Shown: positions 1 to 14,039, numbered from the stretch's first letter. The stretch is 64,000 nucleotides of DNA from Octopus vulgaris (GCA_951406725.2 OX597816.1:28334001-28398000), one strand, 5' to 3'. The notes: generated by a model not told the origin, from the sequence alone. Program-made: numbers and translations.

Positions 1-2436
1 TAGTTATCACAAAGCGATTCTTCTACGGCTCTTGGATGCGACGATAATCTCAATAGCCTAAGAATCTGTTTTGTATAGCATATAATACACTCCATTCGAA
101 TTTTGTTGCATATTTTAACTATTTCCTATCGCTGAGAATTCCCGTTCAAAATTCATTTTTGTTGTCTCTATAGTGAATAGTCTAAGAGTTTTAGTAAATC
201 CTAAATTATATAGTTCAAAATAGAATTTTGCATACTATTGATGCTATAAATGATTGCATGTTTTTAATTTCTATTTGATTAGATTAAAAATGAAATAAAA
301 TCGCTTTTATTATTATATGAACATATTATAATGCTAAGGTGTTCGACGAGGAATTATTTTACCTATTAGTGAGATTTTCTGTTTTCGCTACACCATGAAG
401 GAAAGTGTTGCATCGGGGCTTTTGCTCGCTCCCGAGCCCATTGATGACGTAGAAGTACGTTTAAATTAAAATTGCTGATGGAATTCCCATGTTTTATAAT
501 GTGTTTCTCCATGATTTATATTTTACACTTCAATGGTATGACTTGGCGCCTAACAAGCAACACTACCGTCTTTATTGGGATAATCAATTTGTGCTCAGAT
601 GTTCTTTCCTCATACAAGGCACAATCTAAAGATTCCGGCTAATCTTTCTTAAAGAAATTTGTTTTCCCCTGGAAGTAACTCTCTATTGTTTATTGCCTCC
701 TATCTGGGGCCTTGTAAAAGAAATATTCTGTGAAAAACATTCACATGCATCAGTTCAGCTCTACCAACATTAAAAATCGAATAAATATAAACAATTTCAA
801 GGTATGAGGTATTTATTAGAAAAAGAGTTGGAATTCCTGTCCCTTGCAGTAAGTTAAACAATACAAAACTTATTGTATTTATCTTGGAAGTGAAGATCAA
901 TACATTTTTTTCCTTTCTGCTCACTCAGAATATAACATGACAGGATATTTTCAAATATAACAAAGTGGTGCCTCATATCTGATAGCCTTTGTTTTCGAAA
1001 TATTGTTCCAATTTTCAATTACTTCCATTTTTGAATGACTGTTTCAATAATGTTGCATGGAATACTGTGAAGTGTAACTTGAAGCGAAAAGTAAAGATGG
1101 AATGCATGAAAATGAGAAAGAGGTAAGAACATATTCCTTCTTTTTCATATTTGTTTTGGTGTTTATTTGTTTTTCTTTAATTTTGTGATGAAATTTCGTA
1201 ATAATCAAATCGAAAATGGCAAAATATATAGGAAATAGTATTCACAGCAATTTTAATGTTTCAACATCCTCATTACACGTGTCCGAGTAACTGTGCCAAC
1301 ATTAGGAAATAGTTAAAATTGTTTTTATTAAAAACAGGACTTCTACTTCTAGAAAAGATAAAGAAAAAAAAACGATAAGGAAAAAAGATTTCGACAGAAG
1401 CTATAAAAGCAAGACCTACAGAAAAAATATTGAAACAAAACCTTATTGCCAACAAATTATCGATTGGAACCAAAAACTTAAACATATATCAAATATATTT
1501 CACTCTCTTCTACATGGTAATAAATTTACTACCAATACCTTGGGAAGCAAAGAATTAATTGAACGGATGTTTCAATACTTGCAGCAAGGAAAGTCATGCA
1601 TGTGGCTGCAGCAGCACATAGTGGAATTGTCTGCATTTAATCCTGCCGGATCGATGGCATCTTATATCCATATACGGTCGGTTAAATATGGCCCCCTAAT
1701 GTATTTTGGTCGATTCAATCGGCTGTACGTTACCTCAGAATAATTTGGAATTGTTCCAAAGGTAAACAAATACCATTACATACAACAGATCCTTTTGCTA
1801 CTGGCAAAGGTTCAGCGAGATAAAAGAACAGATTTTTCTAAAATTAAGTTATACGTTTAACTCATTCTGGATGTGCCAGAAATTATTGATTATCGTTACT
1901 GTAATAGGATGTGAAAGGTCTTGTCATGTATTGTACATCACTCCAGATGCAAATATCATTACCCCACGACGGAAAAAATTATTTGACAAAGATGTAGCTG
2001 TTCATTAGTCCCAGGTCAACTTTGATACAGACCTCCTTCCAGTCGTTGGACATTTATTAGAATCGCCAGCCATTGTCAGGGATATTCAATCCGTAGCTCT
2101 CCCGGCTTTCTTTCTATATCTCTTATTCCATTCGCTGACTAATGCGTAGCTATATATTTAAAAGGATAAGATACTATGTCATCAACAACAATTTCCAACA
2201 GATTATCTGACGCTCGATAAGTTATTTCAATTCGAGGCGTATTGCTATAGGAACCGCGAGACTGATAAAATGCTCAAAGAAAACGTCAATTTTTAATAAA
2301 TATGGAAATGCATTCCTGGCCTTTTTCCTGTAAATAACCTCAATACAACCGAATAGTTACGGACGCTTTTCAACTCTAAAACTAACACTTCGTGTGTTAT
2401 GAACTAACGACAGTATGACGTACATACATACACATA

Positions 2437-2594
<158 letters not shown>

Positions 2595-4432
2595 GGTCCC
2601 GGTTTCGCTTGTGCTAATCAGGAATAAATATTCTTTGATAGCGTTACAATGTGTGTGCGTGTGTGTGTGTGCGCACGTGCCTGTGCATTACTATATATCT
2701 ATGTTGCTTCCAGTTATAACTATCGAAATTGTAATGAACAGGTGTCTCATAATTACTTGAAATACTGAAGACGATTTATATGGCCATTAATAAACTGTAA
2801 AAAGGTCTTTATCAACATCTGGCATCAAAAAACTTATGCGAATTCATTCGAGTTATATTAAATATGTTTAAGAAATGCACGATGAACTTATTATTATAAC
2901 TGCAAAAATATAATTTTCACTCTAGTAATTGAATCTGTGCCGGTTTTTCTGTAAGATGGGAAACTTTTACTTCTTCAAAACCAGAAACTCAAACGAAAAT
3001 ATATCAGACACAATTTTAATTAATGTTCTTCCAACAAACATTTTTCTTGGTCATATACGATAAACACGAATTCAAAGTTATCCTGTATTCCATGGTGACG
3101 TAAAGCAATCATTTCTACAACTGAATGCTTCGCATATATTCTAGCATGGCGATATATGTTCATGGCGAAACTACTGGCAACACCAGATTTTTTTGTTTCT
3201 AAGACTTTATTTTAAATTACTGTTTTTCATCGGTTACTGCTTTTCTACTGTCAATCATATTACGAGCATAAATGTAGTTGTTCCATAGATTCAGGTCAGA
3301 TTCGCTGATAGCTAGGACATTCGCTCATGCCCTAGCTATGATTATGAGATGTTAGAGTAAATTCTATTACCTTACTCAGAATTATGTTCTGAGCGCTTCT
3401 GGTAACATTTGGTCCAGTTCAGTCTGTTGGAATGTTCTGAAAGTACTATTTTTGGACACACAGCAGGATGAAACAAGAAATATAATGTGACAAAAAGTGA
3501 GTTAACTCAGCATTGTTAACTGTTATGCGATATATGTTCTTACTTATTTATATATGCATGTTTAAGGCAAATGTGGAAACTAAATTTACGGTAGGTTGTG
3601 TGAAGCCACCTCCTCTGAAGACATCTCGGAATGTCATATTAGGAGACTACACGAGAGTGAGGCTGTGATATAGCGCATCCAATGCACAATCTAAATCAAC
3701 GGCTAGTGAAAACACTTCCTATATAATCCAATACTCAAAATTCGCCAGGAAGCATACCAGAAATACAGCATGGACAAATGTGCCATTTGTGGCAATATAT
3801 GCATCAGGGGAAGTGAAAAAAAAGACTACAAAAAACTACCACTTCAGTTGTTGGAACACATAAGGTATACAACACATAGAAATATTTATAATTCTCCGGT
3901 TGCTTGCGGGGTTTGCACTAATCGATGTGGTTTTCACGCAAATGAATAGGAACTACTCAAGAAGATGTTTGATTTCGGTAATATTAGGTTATTGTATATC
4001 TTGCGGGTCAAATGTTCACATAGAGGGTAAAAGAATATTTAATTCAAGTATATCCGTATAATAGAAATGCGTGTATGAACCTTTTGTAGGTATTGCATAT
4101 ATAATCTCCCCATACTCCCACACCACTCCTTTAATAACTACATATTTCATTTTGGCAGTGTGCTTTTAGTTACAATGCAAAAAAAAATAAAGACAAATCA
4201 TTATTTATTAACGTCATAAGTGTAGTATCTTTTACGTTAGAATACTTTATGTATGTATGTATGTATGTATGTATCTATATATATATTTATATATATATAT
4301 ATCTACCTACATGACCCATGCATACATACATATGCAGAAAACTTTCAACCGCGCACACAAGGGTGCGTACATATATACACTTATGCATTTATACTCATGT
4401 ATACATGTGGATATACACATAAATATATTATA

Positions 4433-4467
<35 letters not shown>

Positions 4468-4912
4468 ATATATGTATGTTTTGTGCTTGTATACTGAAAT
4501 TTTAAAAAAAGACTGTCACGTTGACTGAAATAAATTCTAGATGTGGTATGTGGGCATGGAATTAAGGAAATTATTCCTTAATATTTTGAAGTTCATTAAT
4601 GAGTATAATCGATATGATTTGAGAAAATGCTACTAATTTTAAAAATGTATAGAAAATTACTACTAATTATAATTACAGGATCAGAATGATCTGATGATCC
4701 TAATAGGAAAAATATCACTTGTGAGGAATTTAAAACTAAATGGCTAACAGTACTAATTACATTCAGTAATATGGATCTGACCTGTGTTGGTAATAATATA
4801 TGAATTCAAATCCACTGCCTTTTTCTAAGAACTCAACTTGCATGAAGCATTATATATATTATATATATATTATATATATATATATAATTATTATTTTATA
4901 TATAATATATGT

Positions 4913-5087
4913 TATATGCTGTTGTGTATGGGGAGAGTCATCCTCTTTTAGTGCCTTATTATTTAACACACTCACCAGTAAAATTTCCACTTATTTCTTA
5001 TTTTTATTTTCTAAAATTTTCGTTGCGTCCTGCAAACTTAATAAGGCACTAAAAGACAATGACTCTCCCCAGACACAACAGAATATA
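4913..5087 (-). mobile_element. Fold-back repeat (49-bp arms), probable Penelope-type non-autonomous insertion with inverted end
   Basis: 4913-4961 (tatatgctgttgtgtatggggagagtcatcctcttttagtgccttatta) is the reverse complement of 5039-5087 with few mismatches. The loop carries, on the minus strand, TTGC-AGGAC-GCAAC-GAAA-ATTT-TAG, the stem II/GAAA half of a hammerhead-like motif cut off at the inversion. Confidence 0.6.
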
Positions 5088-5153
5088 CTTCAACACACGA
5101 ACTCATATAAAGAATCTTGCAAACCAAATCCCAAAACGAAATATGTTATATGT

Positions 5154-5213
<60 letters not shown>

Positions 5214-5306
5214 TATATTATATATATATATACATATTACCTATATACTATATATATGAATGTATGTATGTATGTATGTATGTATGTATCTATCTATCTA
5301 TCTAGA

Positions 5307-5362
<56 letters not shown>

Positions 5363-5364
5363 CA

Positions 5365-5817
5365 CTAGCAAACGCCCCACCCCGTCCATTGGACAGTCTG
5401 TATAAGTGGATAGGGTTAACTTGGACAGTGTTAAGTTGTGGAGATGTTTGGTGATTGTATGGTGTTGTTACTTTTGGTTAGGGCATTAAAGACTCTTGAG
5501 ACTTTAAAACTCTTGACTGATTCTTCTAAGTATCCATGCTTAAAATTGATTGAAAGTGAATTTTAACACAGTGAACCATTTTAAAATTTTAATGAGGCCA
5601 ATAAAATAAAGGGAAGCTGTTCATTTCACAATATATACAACTTCCAGTGGAATCGGATATCACAATTAAACTTACACATTTTACACACAAATACTTTCAC
5701 ATTAGGATAATGACAATGTACACGTCGTTAGTACATACCTCATGTGGACACCTATACCTCAGACTGAACGCTGTTATAAGCGCACAAAATACAGACAGAA
5801 TGGATTTATATGTTAGA
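5365..5817 (-). mobile_element. Non-autonomous Helitron (termini related to family H1)
   Basis: Minus strand starts TCTAACATATAAATCCATTCTGTCTG and ends in the hairpin CTGTCCAATGGACGG followed by GGGGCGTTTGCTAG|T. No TSD. Confidence 0.75.
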
Positions 5818-5831
5818 GTATATATATATTA

Positions 5832-5881
5832 TGTATGTATGTATGTATGTATGTATGTATGTATGTATGTATGTATGTATG

Positions 5882-5916
<35 letters not shown>

Positions 5917-5917
5917 A

Positions 5918-5980
<63 letters not shown>

Positions 5981-6067
5981 ATATATATATATATATATAT
6001 CTTATATATATTATATATCTATAGGTATATATATTATATATATATATTATATCTATCTATCTATCAA

Positions 6068-6118
<51 letters not shown>
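5832..6118. repeat. Compound microsatellite (TATG)n(TATC)n(TC)n(TA)n
   Basis: Read directly. Confidence 0.98.
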
Positions 6119-6127
<9 letters not shown>

Positions 6128-6136
6128 TAGGTATAC

Positions 6137-6223
6137 ACAGTTTCCGTCTACCAAATCCACTCAGAAGGCTTTGGTTGGACCGATGCTAAAGTAGAAATAT
6201 ATACTGCACAGCCACTACTACGC
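6137..6223 (-). mobile_element. SINE family A fragment, internally deleted
   Basis: cagtttccgtctaccaaatccactcagaaggctttgg...cacagccact matches the full-length copy at 53706-54128. Confidence 0.8.
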
Positions 6224-6275
6224 ATATATATTATATATTATATATATATATTATTTATATATATTATATATTATA

Positions 6276-6309
<34 letters not shown>

Positions 6310-6377
6310 CAATATAAGCGTGTGTGTGCGTGTGTCTATATGTATGAAAAAAATATATATATATAAATATATATATA

Positions 6378-6423
6378 GGCGCAGGAGTGGCTGTGTGGTA
6401 AGTAGCTTGCTAACCAACCACAT
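6378..6423 (+). mobile_element. SINE family A tRNA-like head only
   Basis: GGCGCAGGAGTGGCTGTGTGGTAAGTAGCTTGCTAACCAACCACAT with A-box TGGCTGTGTGG; matches the head of 53706-54128. Confidence 0.85.
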
Positions 6424-6512
6424 ATATAAGTAAAAATAAATATAAAAAAAAATAAAAAAAGAAGAAAAGGAAAAGGAACAAAAGAAAAGAGAAATGAAAA
6501 AACGAAGAAAGG

Positions 6513-6593
<81 letters not shown>
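6513..6593. repeat. (GATA)n microsatellite
   Basis: About 20 perfect units. Confidence 0.99.
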
Positions 6594-6596
<3 letters not shown>

Positions 6597-7527
6597 GCAG
6601 ATAATCGTGGAGGTTGTGTTATGCAACTTACAAATAACATGATGCAGTTTGGTAAATCTACCAGTATCTTCAAATTACTTTCATATTTTATTTCTCATGT
6701 TTATACTCTATAAAAACAGTTTGCTATCATCATTCGTCCGTTAAAGAGCAGTAGCTTACTCCAGTCTTATCGATCATTATTTACCAAACAAGTTTCTATT
6801 GCTACTGTGTATGTGCGTCGCGTACATGAATATTGCAGTTATTTATTTTTTTCTTTCACCTCTCTAAAATTCTACCTTATTACAATATTTCATCCAACAA
6901 ATAATTTATCCACAGTCTTTTTGTAGTTTGAACCTATTTCTTTAAGAATCCATAATGAATATAAACAAGAAAAAAACCACGTCTTCACAATTGCATTAAC
7001 TCTAAAGTCTGGTTTTTCTATAGAAGCATAATAAAATACACCGTAATGAAATTGAGTTTCGAAGAAAACTGATAAATTTCGTGCTGTGCGATGTTATAAA
7101 CGACATGCAAGATAATTCAATAGCTAGCGTCGTTTAATATGTATGGATGGGTAATGGAGTTGTGAGCGGGGTGATATCTTCATTAAGACTCTTTCTCTTT
7201 TGAAATTAGAACTTCAATTAATACTGAATTAATTTCATGATTAGATTTCTCATTTCATATTTCAATCTTCAATTTTATGAGATTCTTCCTGTTTTAAACA
7301 TGAAACACTTTTCCTTTGATCCCAAATCACCCACATCCTATGAATCGAAAAGGTATTTGTGCATGCACTGCATTAATTTAGCGTGGCATATCCATCCCAC
7401 TCCAATACTATGTGATATGTAGTTGAATATTCTTTAGATTCATTTCTCTTTCTTCGTAATTACATTGAGCTATGAAAACGCAACATTATATATCCATATA
7501 TCACTGGACAGATAGGTGGATCTTCAT

Positions 7528-7704
7528 ATATAGGGAGAGTTTACGAAAAAAACAAAAGACGAAGACAAGTGGTGTACAAAACAAACAGATGTATTAGTAT
7601 AACGCTCAGGAATAGAAACAGTCTTTTACGTTTCGACACAGAAAAAAACAAGAGAAACAAGGAGAGAAAAAAATGTGTGTAGTGGCTACCGATCAATCAT
7701 GGCG
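7528..7704 (-). mobile_element. Short Penelope-LTR-like repeat (family P1), hammerhead stem II deleted
   Basis: Colinear with 43980-44170 (aaacaaaagacgaag..ggtgg..acaaac..atgtatt..gctcaggaatagaaa..gtcttttacgtttcga..acacagaaaaaa). Confidence 0.65.
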
Positions 7705-8588
7705 ACTAGTGCCGAACAGAGGTCTTCATATAAGCGTCCATGTATATTTTATGAATTATCCTTAAGAATATATGATATAATGAGAAATTATTTCATGTAG
7801 TTAAAATCTGTCTGTCATAAATATTCATCTGCAATATCTAATATGATGACAAATAATTCTAGAAATGATTTCAACAACTTCGTTATTATTAGGGATTTAC
7901 CTTCACGAAATAGAATTGCTTTACATGGCTAATTCACTTCCAAGAAATAGCAACATCCTCTACAGGAATTCAACGAAGCAACACAGGAGCTCTAGAAGCC
8001 AGAAATATGCCAGTTGTTTATCTGCTATTCCGTAGAAGTGGTCTGATGCAAAGCAGGATGCATGCACACACACACACAACCGTACGCACACGTACACACA
8101 AACACGTGAACACACGCAAACAAACACACAATACACACACTCATACAAACATGCCCATTCTTAATTTTTTTCCTATTTAAAATTCTTTTGCAAAGTAATC
8201 AGTAGCTGTCTCGTCCCTGCATAAATTGAGGATTAAAATTCAAGTTAAGGACATGGTTCTAACGTAACACATTTTACCAAACTGAATCACTTAGTGAATG
8301 TGTACAACTTAGATGATTAGATGACTTGACAGGAAAAATGAAATGAAAGGTTCAGAAAACCATGCGATCAGTGGATATTTTCAAACAATATCAAATAGGT
8401 AGTGTTCCGAAATCACCACTGACACGTAGAAGATATTTTTCCACATTACAGTATATATGTATTATATTTATAACTTTTGATAGCGTAACATTTATATGTC
8501 AATACTTTTATCGTGCAATAGGTTTTATACTTGTTACGTAAACAAAGGAAAACAGACACACACATACACATTCACACACACACACACA

Positions 8589-9112
8589 TCTATTATATAA
8601 AATCCGTTCTGTTTGTCCGCATTTGTGTCTTCTAGGATCTCGGACATCCTCCATCTGACTGCGCTCAAATTTGATATGTAGATACCGACGGTATCAGGGC
8701 GTGTATACGTCTTGAAAAAAATTACAAAAATGGATTCCGGGTGAGAATGCGATCGATAAAGCCGTGGGAACGTGCATTTGTACGCACAAGTATATCAGCT
8801 GTTGCGATCGATACTACGCGTACGCGAGAAAAATGCGCGTGTAGTTTGCGCAAAAAAAAGCCACAAAATGAAGTATATTTAAGAGATCAAATACGTAAGA
8901 TGCAAAAGAGATATTTTCTTCAAACTTGGCATGAAGGAAGGTAGGACTATTTGGTTTCTCAAGAAGTTTTTTTGTTGCCTTAACTTCGTTTAACAAAACC
9001 AAAACTTTTATTGAAATTATTTTTTAATGAAAAGAAAATAATGATTGCATTTTATTCAACAGATATGATTCAGCACCGTCCATTGGACGAGATGGGTGGG
9101 GGCGTTTTGCTC

Positions 9113-9113
<1 letters not shown>
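8589..9113 (+). mobile_element. Non-autonomous Helitron family H1, copy 1
   Basis: A|TCTATTATATAAAATCCG start, subterminal hairpin CGTCCATTGGACG, end GGCGTTTTGCTCG|T. Homologous along its length to 62488-62984. Confidence 0.85.
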
Positions 9114-9163
<50 letters not shown>

Positions 9164-9399
9164 TATATAAACATACGTATGTACGCATAGACTGATACAC
9201 GTAGATAAAATATCACACGCACACGCACGAGTGCACATATACGCATATATAAGTTAGAGGTAATGTAACATTCTAAGAGATAGATGTAGGCACTCCTGAT
9301 ATTACCTCAGTATGTATGGTCCTTGTTATAATGTATACGGTAGTAGTTAATTTAAAAAGGTAAACCGCGGTTTAATACATATAAAGACGATAAGATATT

Positions 9400-10290
9400 G
9401 AGCAATATACAGTGAGAAGTGGATCGTTGGTTCTACTGTTCATTGCTCAACAAAACCAAGTCCTTCTTACAAAAATACAATCCCTGAAACATAATAGTGA
9501 TGGGTGAATTTAACCTCTCTAATATAAACTAGTCCACAAATACTCTGAAGTTAGGCAAATGCTCTGCATCAGATATAGCAGCAGCAGAATTAGTCTTTAA
9601 TCTAATGGATACATTTTTCCTGACTCAGTTAGTGCTCGAACATACAAGACAGAATAAAACGATCTTGTATGTACAGTATTTCCGTTGACAAAACTCTCCT
9701 CTCTGACCACGACATGATACTCTGCAATTTTAATTCCCGGCATATCAAACCCAAACCAGCAAATCCCACTCCAATGCACTTATTTGATAGCATAAACTTC
9801 CAGAAAACGGACTGAGGAGCAATCAGAAAGGATCTGTCCGTCATCGAATGCTTCTTCACGCTCAGTTCCACTCACATTGAGACTGCATGGCAGCAATTTG
9901 AGAACATTGTCACCTATACATGCTCAAAACACGCTCCTACGAAATCCACAAACACAAACAAAAACCGGCTCCCTAGAAAGAAACAAGCACTCATCAGGCG
10001 CATCAAAAGTCTAAATAAAAAAAAAATCAAACGATTAAAATACTCACACATACAACATCCACATTCAATAATAATGAAAAATCTGGAGTTGGAAAAACTT
10101 CATCTTCAGACCGACATGAAAACCTCCATTTAAAATCAAAGAGCTGCAGAGGAACAGTGGGTAATCAAAAAGACAAATCCAACAGAACCCTGAAGTGTTC
10201 TATTCTTATGCAAATGAGCATAGAACACCAGCACTGAAACATTTAATCATATATAAAAATCACCATGGATCCCAAACACATAAAAAATGA
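9400..10290 (+). mobile_element. Decayed CR1-clade LINE ORF2 fragment (endonuclease C-terminus and linker)
   Basis: Frameshifted translations IIVMGEFNLSNIN*, FLTQLVLEHTRQN, DLVCT, LLSDHDMI, NFQKTD*GAIRKDL, ETAWQQFENIV and IQQNPEVFYSYA match the GDFN/PTR/DLV/SDH APE motifs and the CR1 NPKxFYSY linker. Confidence 0.85.
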
Positions 10291-10881
10291 TACATATACA
10301 TAAAATCACAGAAGGTAAAAATATATATAATCGAATAAAATACAAATAAAATGGTCAATCAAAAAGTTAAATATAAACGGCTAAAAATTCAAAACTACAA
10401 AAAAGACCTAATAGCGAGATATAAAATAAGTAAAGGTTAAAATAAAATAAAATAAATGTCCATCAACTAAAAATGTTTTATCAGACGATTAAAATGTGTT
10501 TTTATAAAAGTTTGTTAAAATCTTTAAAAAAAAATATTTGAAAAATATTTGAAAAACTTCTTTTACTTCCCTCATACAAATACGTTCAAATTTCATAAGT
10601 AAAGAGAATTCCACGGGTCAAATTCACATACAAAAATTCTTTACTCTCCTCAACACAAGTACGTCCGTACGTTTATAATAAGCAGATTTCACGGGTCAAA
10701 TGCAACATTCTCATATATCTACGGGCATTTCGGGATTTCACCACCGCAGTTTAATTACACTAAATTGCATCACGGCGATGCCCCCCTCATCAGGTTACAC
10801 AGGAAACATGAGACATGTTTACATATATATATATATTCATCTATACCCAAACGCATCATATGTACACATACACATAGATGG

Positions 10882-10958
<77 letters not shown>

Positions 10959-11175
10959 AACATATTTATGTATGTATTGACCAATACAGCAGTACATATT
11001 TTTTTCTGTTTTATGTACTCTTAAACAACAGTACATTCATATACTTACACGCATACAAACATGCATACATACATGTATGCCTTTATATACATATATATTC
11101 ATACATATATCCGTGCATATATATGTGTGTGTGTGCGTGTTCGTGTGTGTGTATGTGTGTGTATGAATGTCTGTG

Positions 11176-11208
<33 letters not shown>

Positions 11209-12056
11209 ACATCTAAACACCTGGCTCAATCAGCTTATACACTATATCGTTGATCTAAATATTCATATGTTATATACCCAACAACCGTATATATTTGCTT
11301 TTATTGCAGTAGTTACAGCATAATTCTGAAACACACGACAATGGGTGATTTAAGTAGTGCCATTTTCTACTGAAGTTGTTTCGTTTGCGACATTATTCAA
11401 TAAGTGTGGTATTGAAAGTACACAGTGATAATTTCATTACTCATATACGTGAATATTTACCGGTTCCTTGGAGGATCCGTAAGTATCTCTCTAATCATAT
11501 CTCGTAAGTTAAGCGACTCCCTGAGGTTGAAATGTAAATATGAAAATTCTGATGATGTTTGCAATCAGTATTTAAATAGCTTTCATTATATGACGTGTCT
11601 GTTGTTTCTTTCGTGAAGAAGAATTTAATTCCTTGGTGAAGTGTTGGCTACGAAGGATGCTATATACAATTCGTTACTTGCATGTATAGGTGTGTCTGCT
11701 ATGATGGTCATACATTATGCGGAAGGCGTGAGAGAAGAATGGGGAGAAGGTGTAAGTATTTAATAAAATCTGCATGTATTTTGATTTCGAAAGTAATGGA
11801 ATATAATCTTCTGTTCACGCGTTCAATTGAAATTAAATCTCTAAATAAATGGTGAGAGGAATGAAATGTATATTTTCTAAAAGATAAGATCATAGATAGA
11901 TACGAATATTTAAATATGCGTCAGTGCAAGCGTGTACGTATAAATGCATATACGTATGTAAACTTATAGCTATATATATATATATATATGCATATACACA
12001 TGTAAAAATACGTATACACACACGCACACATACAAATACGCACACATGCACAGAGA

Positions 12057-12106
<50 letters not shown>

Positions 12107-12278
12107 GTGATAGCATACCGAGAAGTGGTGAGGTTGGAATAGATTAATATAGAGTCATTTGTACTAATGATAAACGATTACTTTACTGATATTTTTTCAT
12201 AAACATTCAGGTAGTTCTGTACGAACATAAAAAAATTTCCAGTACACAAACACACACATGCATACATACATACATACA

Positions 12279-12279
<1 letters not shown>

Positions 12280-12372
<93 letters not shown>
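12280..12372. repeat. (TATC)n microsatellite, left flank of the Tx1-type insertion
   Basis: About 23 perfect units ending exactly at the LINE fragment. Confidence 0.99.
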
Positions 12373-12983
12373 GTGGAGGGGAGGTACGACGACGAGCTCG
12401 GGGCGAACCTGGACGTCGACGAGGAGTACCTGACCCGCCTGTTCAGGACGACTTTCGGGCCAGGGCCCATGGACAACTTCCAGAGATCCCTGGCCTGGAA
12501 GTGCTACCGAGAAGCGCTACCCGTTCGGGATAAGCTCTACAGACACGGCTCGAGAAACACGGGGCCGACCTGCCCGAGATGCGGTCAGAGCGACGAAACC
12601 GTTCTGCACGCACTCGTGCAGTGTCCAACAATTTCCGACCTGTGGGCTTGTGTCGAACAACTGCTGTCACGTGTGGGACGAGTCGGTTTATCAGCTGAGT
12701 CTATCGTTAATATTGTCACGCCTCCCTCCTTCAAACGGGAAGGAAGAGCTATTTTCATCATCCTTGCGGCTATGGCGAAAGAATGTATCTGGTGGACGCG
12801 TCTGAAAGGATTGGAGACAAACACTTTCCTCTCTGGTCAATCTCTCATCAACTTCTTCAAGTACCACTTGAAAAGGAAAGTGAGAGTAGAGAGGCAAGTT
12901 TTGTCTAGCGAATGTTTTAAAAAAAGATGGGTGAATGTAGCAAGAATGGCACGAATGAATGACGAAGCCACCTTGAGCATAAT
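12373..12983 (+). mobile_element. 5'-truncated L1/Tx1-clade LINE, ORF2 C-terminus with zf-RVT zinc knuckle
   Basis: Stop-free frame with NFQRSLAWKCYREALPVRDKL...TCPRCGQSDETVLHALVQCP (CxxC...HxxxxC) and AKECIWWTR. GC/CpG-rich against the background and flanked by (TATC)n and (TCTG)n(TCTA)n. Confidence 0.9.
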
Positions 12984-13000
12984 CTGTCTGCTGTCTGTCA

Positions 13001-13049
<49 letters not shown>

Positions 13050-13698
13050 TCTATCTAATATGTCTGTGAGAATTTATCTCGTGTGATGTGTATGCATGCA
13101 TGTATATACGTGGGTGTATAACGATTGTTTTGACTTTCTTACTATAGCAAGATTTGCAAGCAGACAGAGATGTCATCAAAGATGTAGACAGACGATCGTG
13201 TGGGAGAAGACATGAAGGAAGATGCTAAGAAACATACGAATCATAAAAACAATGAATGAATGAAAGCAGGAAAGAAAGAACGAATCTCATTTGTGTGGCA
13301 TACATTAGCAGAATTATCGGAAACATATGTTCGATCTTCGTAAAGTGGAACGGTAGATATAATACTCGTGTGTCAATAGATGTGTAAATTAACCAAAGAT
13401 TTGATAGATTGCAAAGCTTATCAGATTTAAATTTCGGCAAGAGACACTGTTTCTTTTTCTGTTTTGTGTGGAGAAAATAGCTACATTTTGCTTCAGCGTA
13501 TTTCTAAAGAACTTAGCGGATGAAAAGCATTATAAGTGCTGGATCATTGTATTTATATGATATCTAGTGTTTCGTCTCTATAGAATTATTCAATTCTGGT
13601 CAGCATTAGACTTTTGTCTATATTTAGTCACGTATGTCTCTAAGGCTCTGTGTTTCATACTTCAAAGTCAGACGACAAGTATATTTCCTTTGGATGCG

Positions 13699-13737
<39 letters not shown>

Positions 13738-14039
13738 GTTAATATGAAAATCTATTGCTTGAGTGTCTAAAAGAAGTGTTTTTTCTCTTGTTCAATTTGG
13801 TTAGCTCCAATCCAGCTCCATTCCTTATGTTCAAAGAAAATTCGGCCATGGCCATATAATTTTTCTCCAGATAACGTTTATCGTGAACAACGCTATCCTG
13901 AGTGTCATGGACTTTTGTAATTGAGTAGAAGTTGGTTTAAGGGGTATTTAGGTGCTATTTTAGACCAATAGGATGTATGTGTAGACGTTTACTTCTGCGC
14001 AGTCACATCGACGCTGAAGAAGAAAACAAGGTATGGACT

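Noticed and set aside
1540-1830. Cys-rich minus-strand reading (MCCCSHMHDFPCCKY) resembling a SWIM finger, and the plus-strand 67-aa ORF
   Set aside because: Stops nearby in all frames and no second supporting motif.
3710-3950. Short frame with CAICG...CGVC..C..H
   Set aside because: Spacing fits no zinc finger I can name and splice signals are unconvincing.
4692-4720. TGAT-CTGATGA-TCCTAATAGGA-AAAA-TATCA hammerhead-like string
   Set aside because: No room for GAAA plus stem III and NUH before stem I'; could be chance or too decayed to call.
12373-13086. 237-aa ORF as a host gene
   Set aside because: It starts at GTG at the truncation point and ends in microsatellite-derived residues; it is a LINE ORF2 C-terminus.
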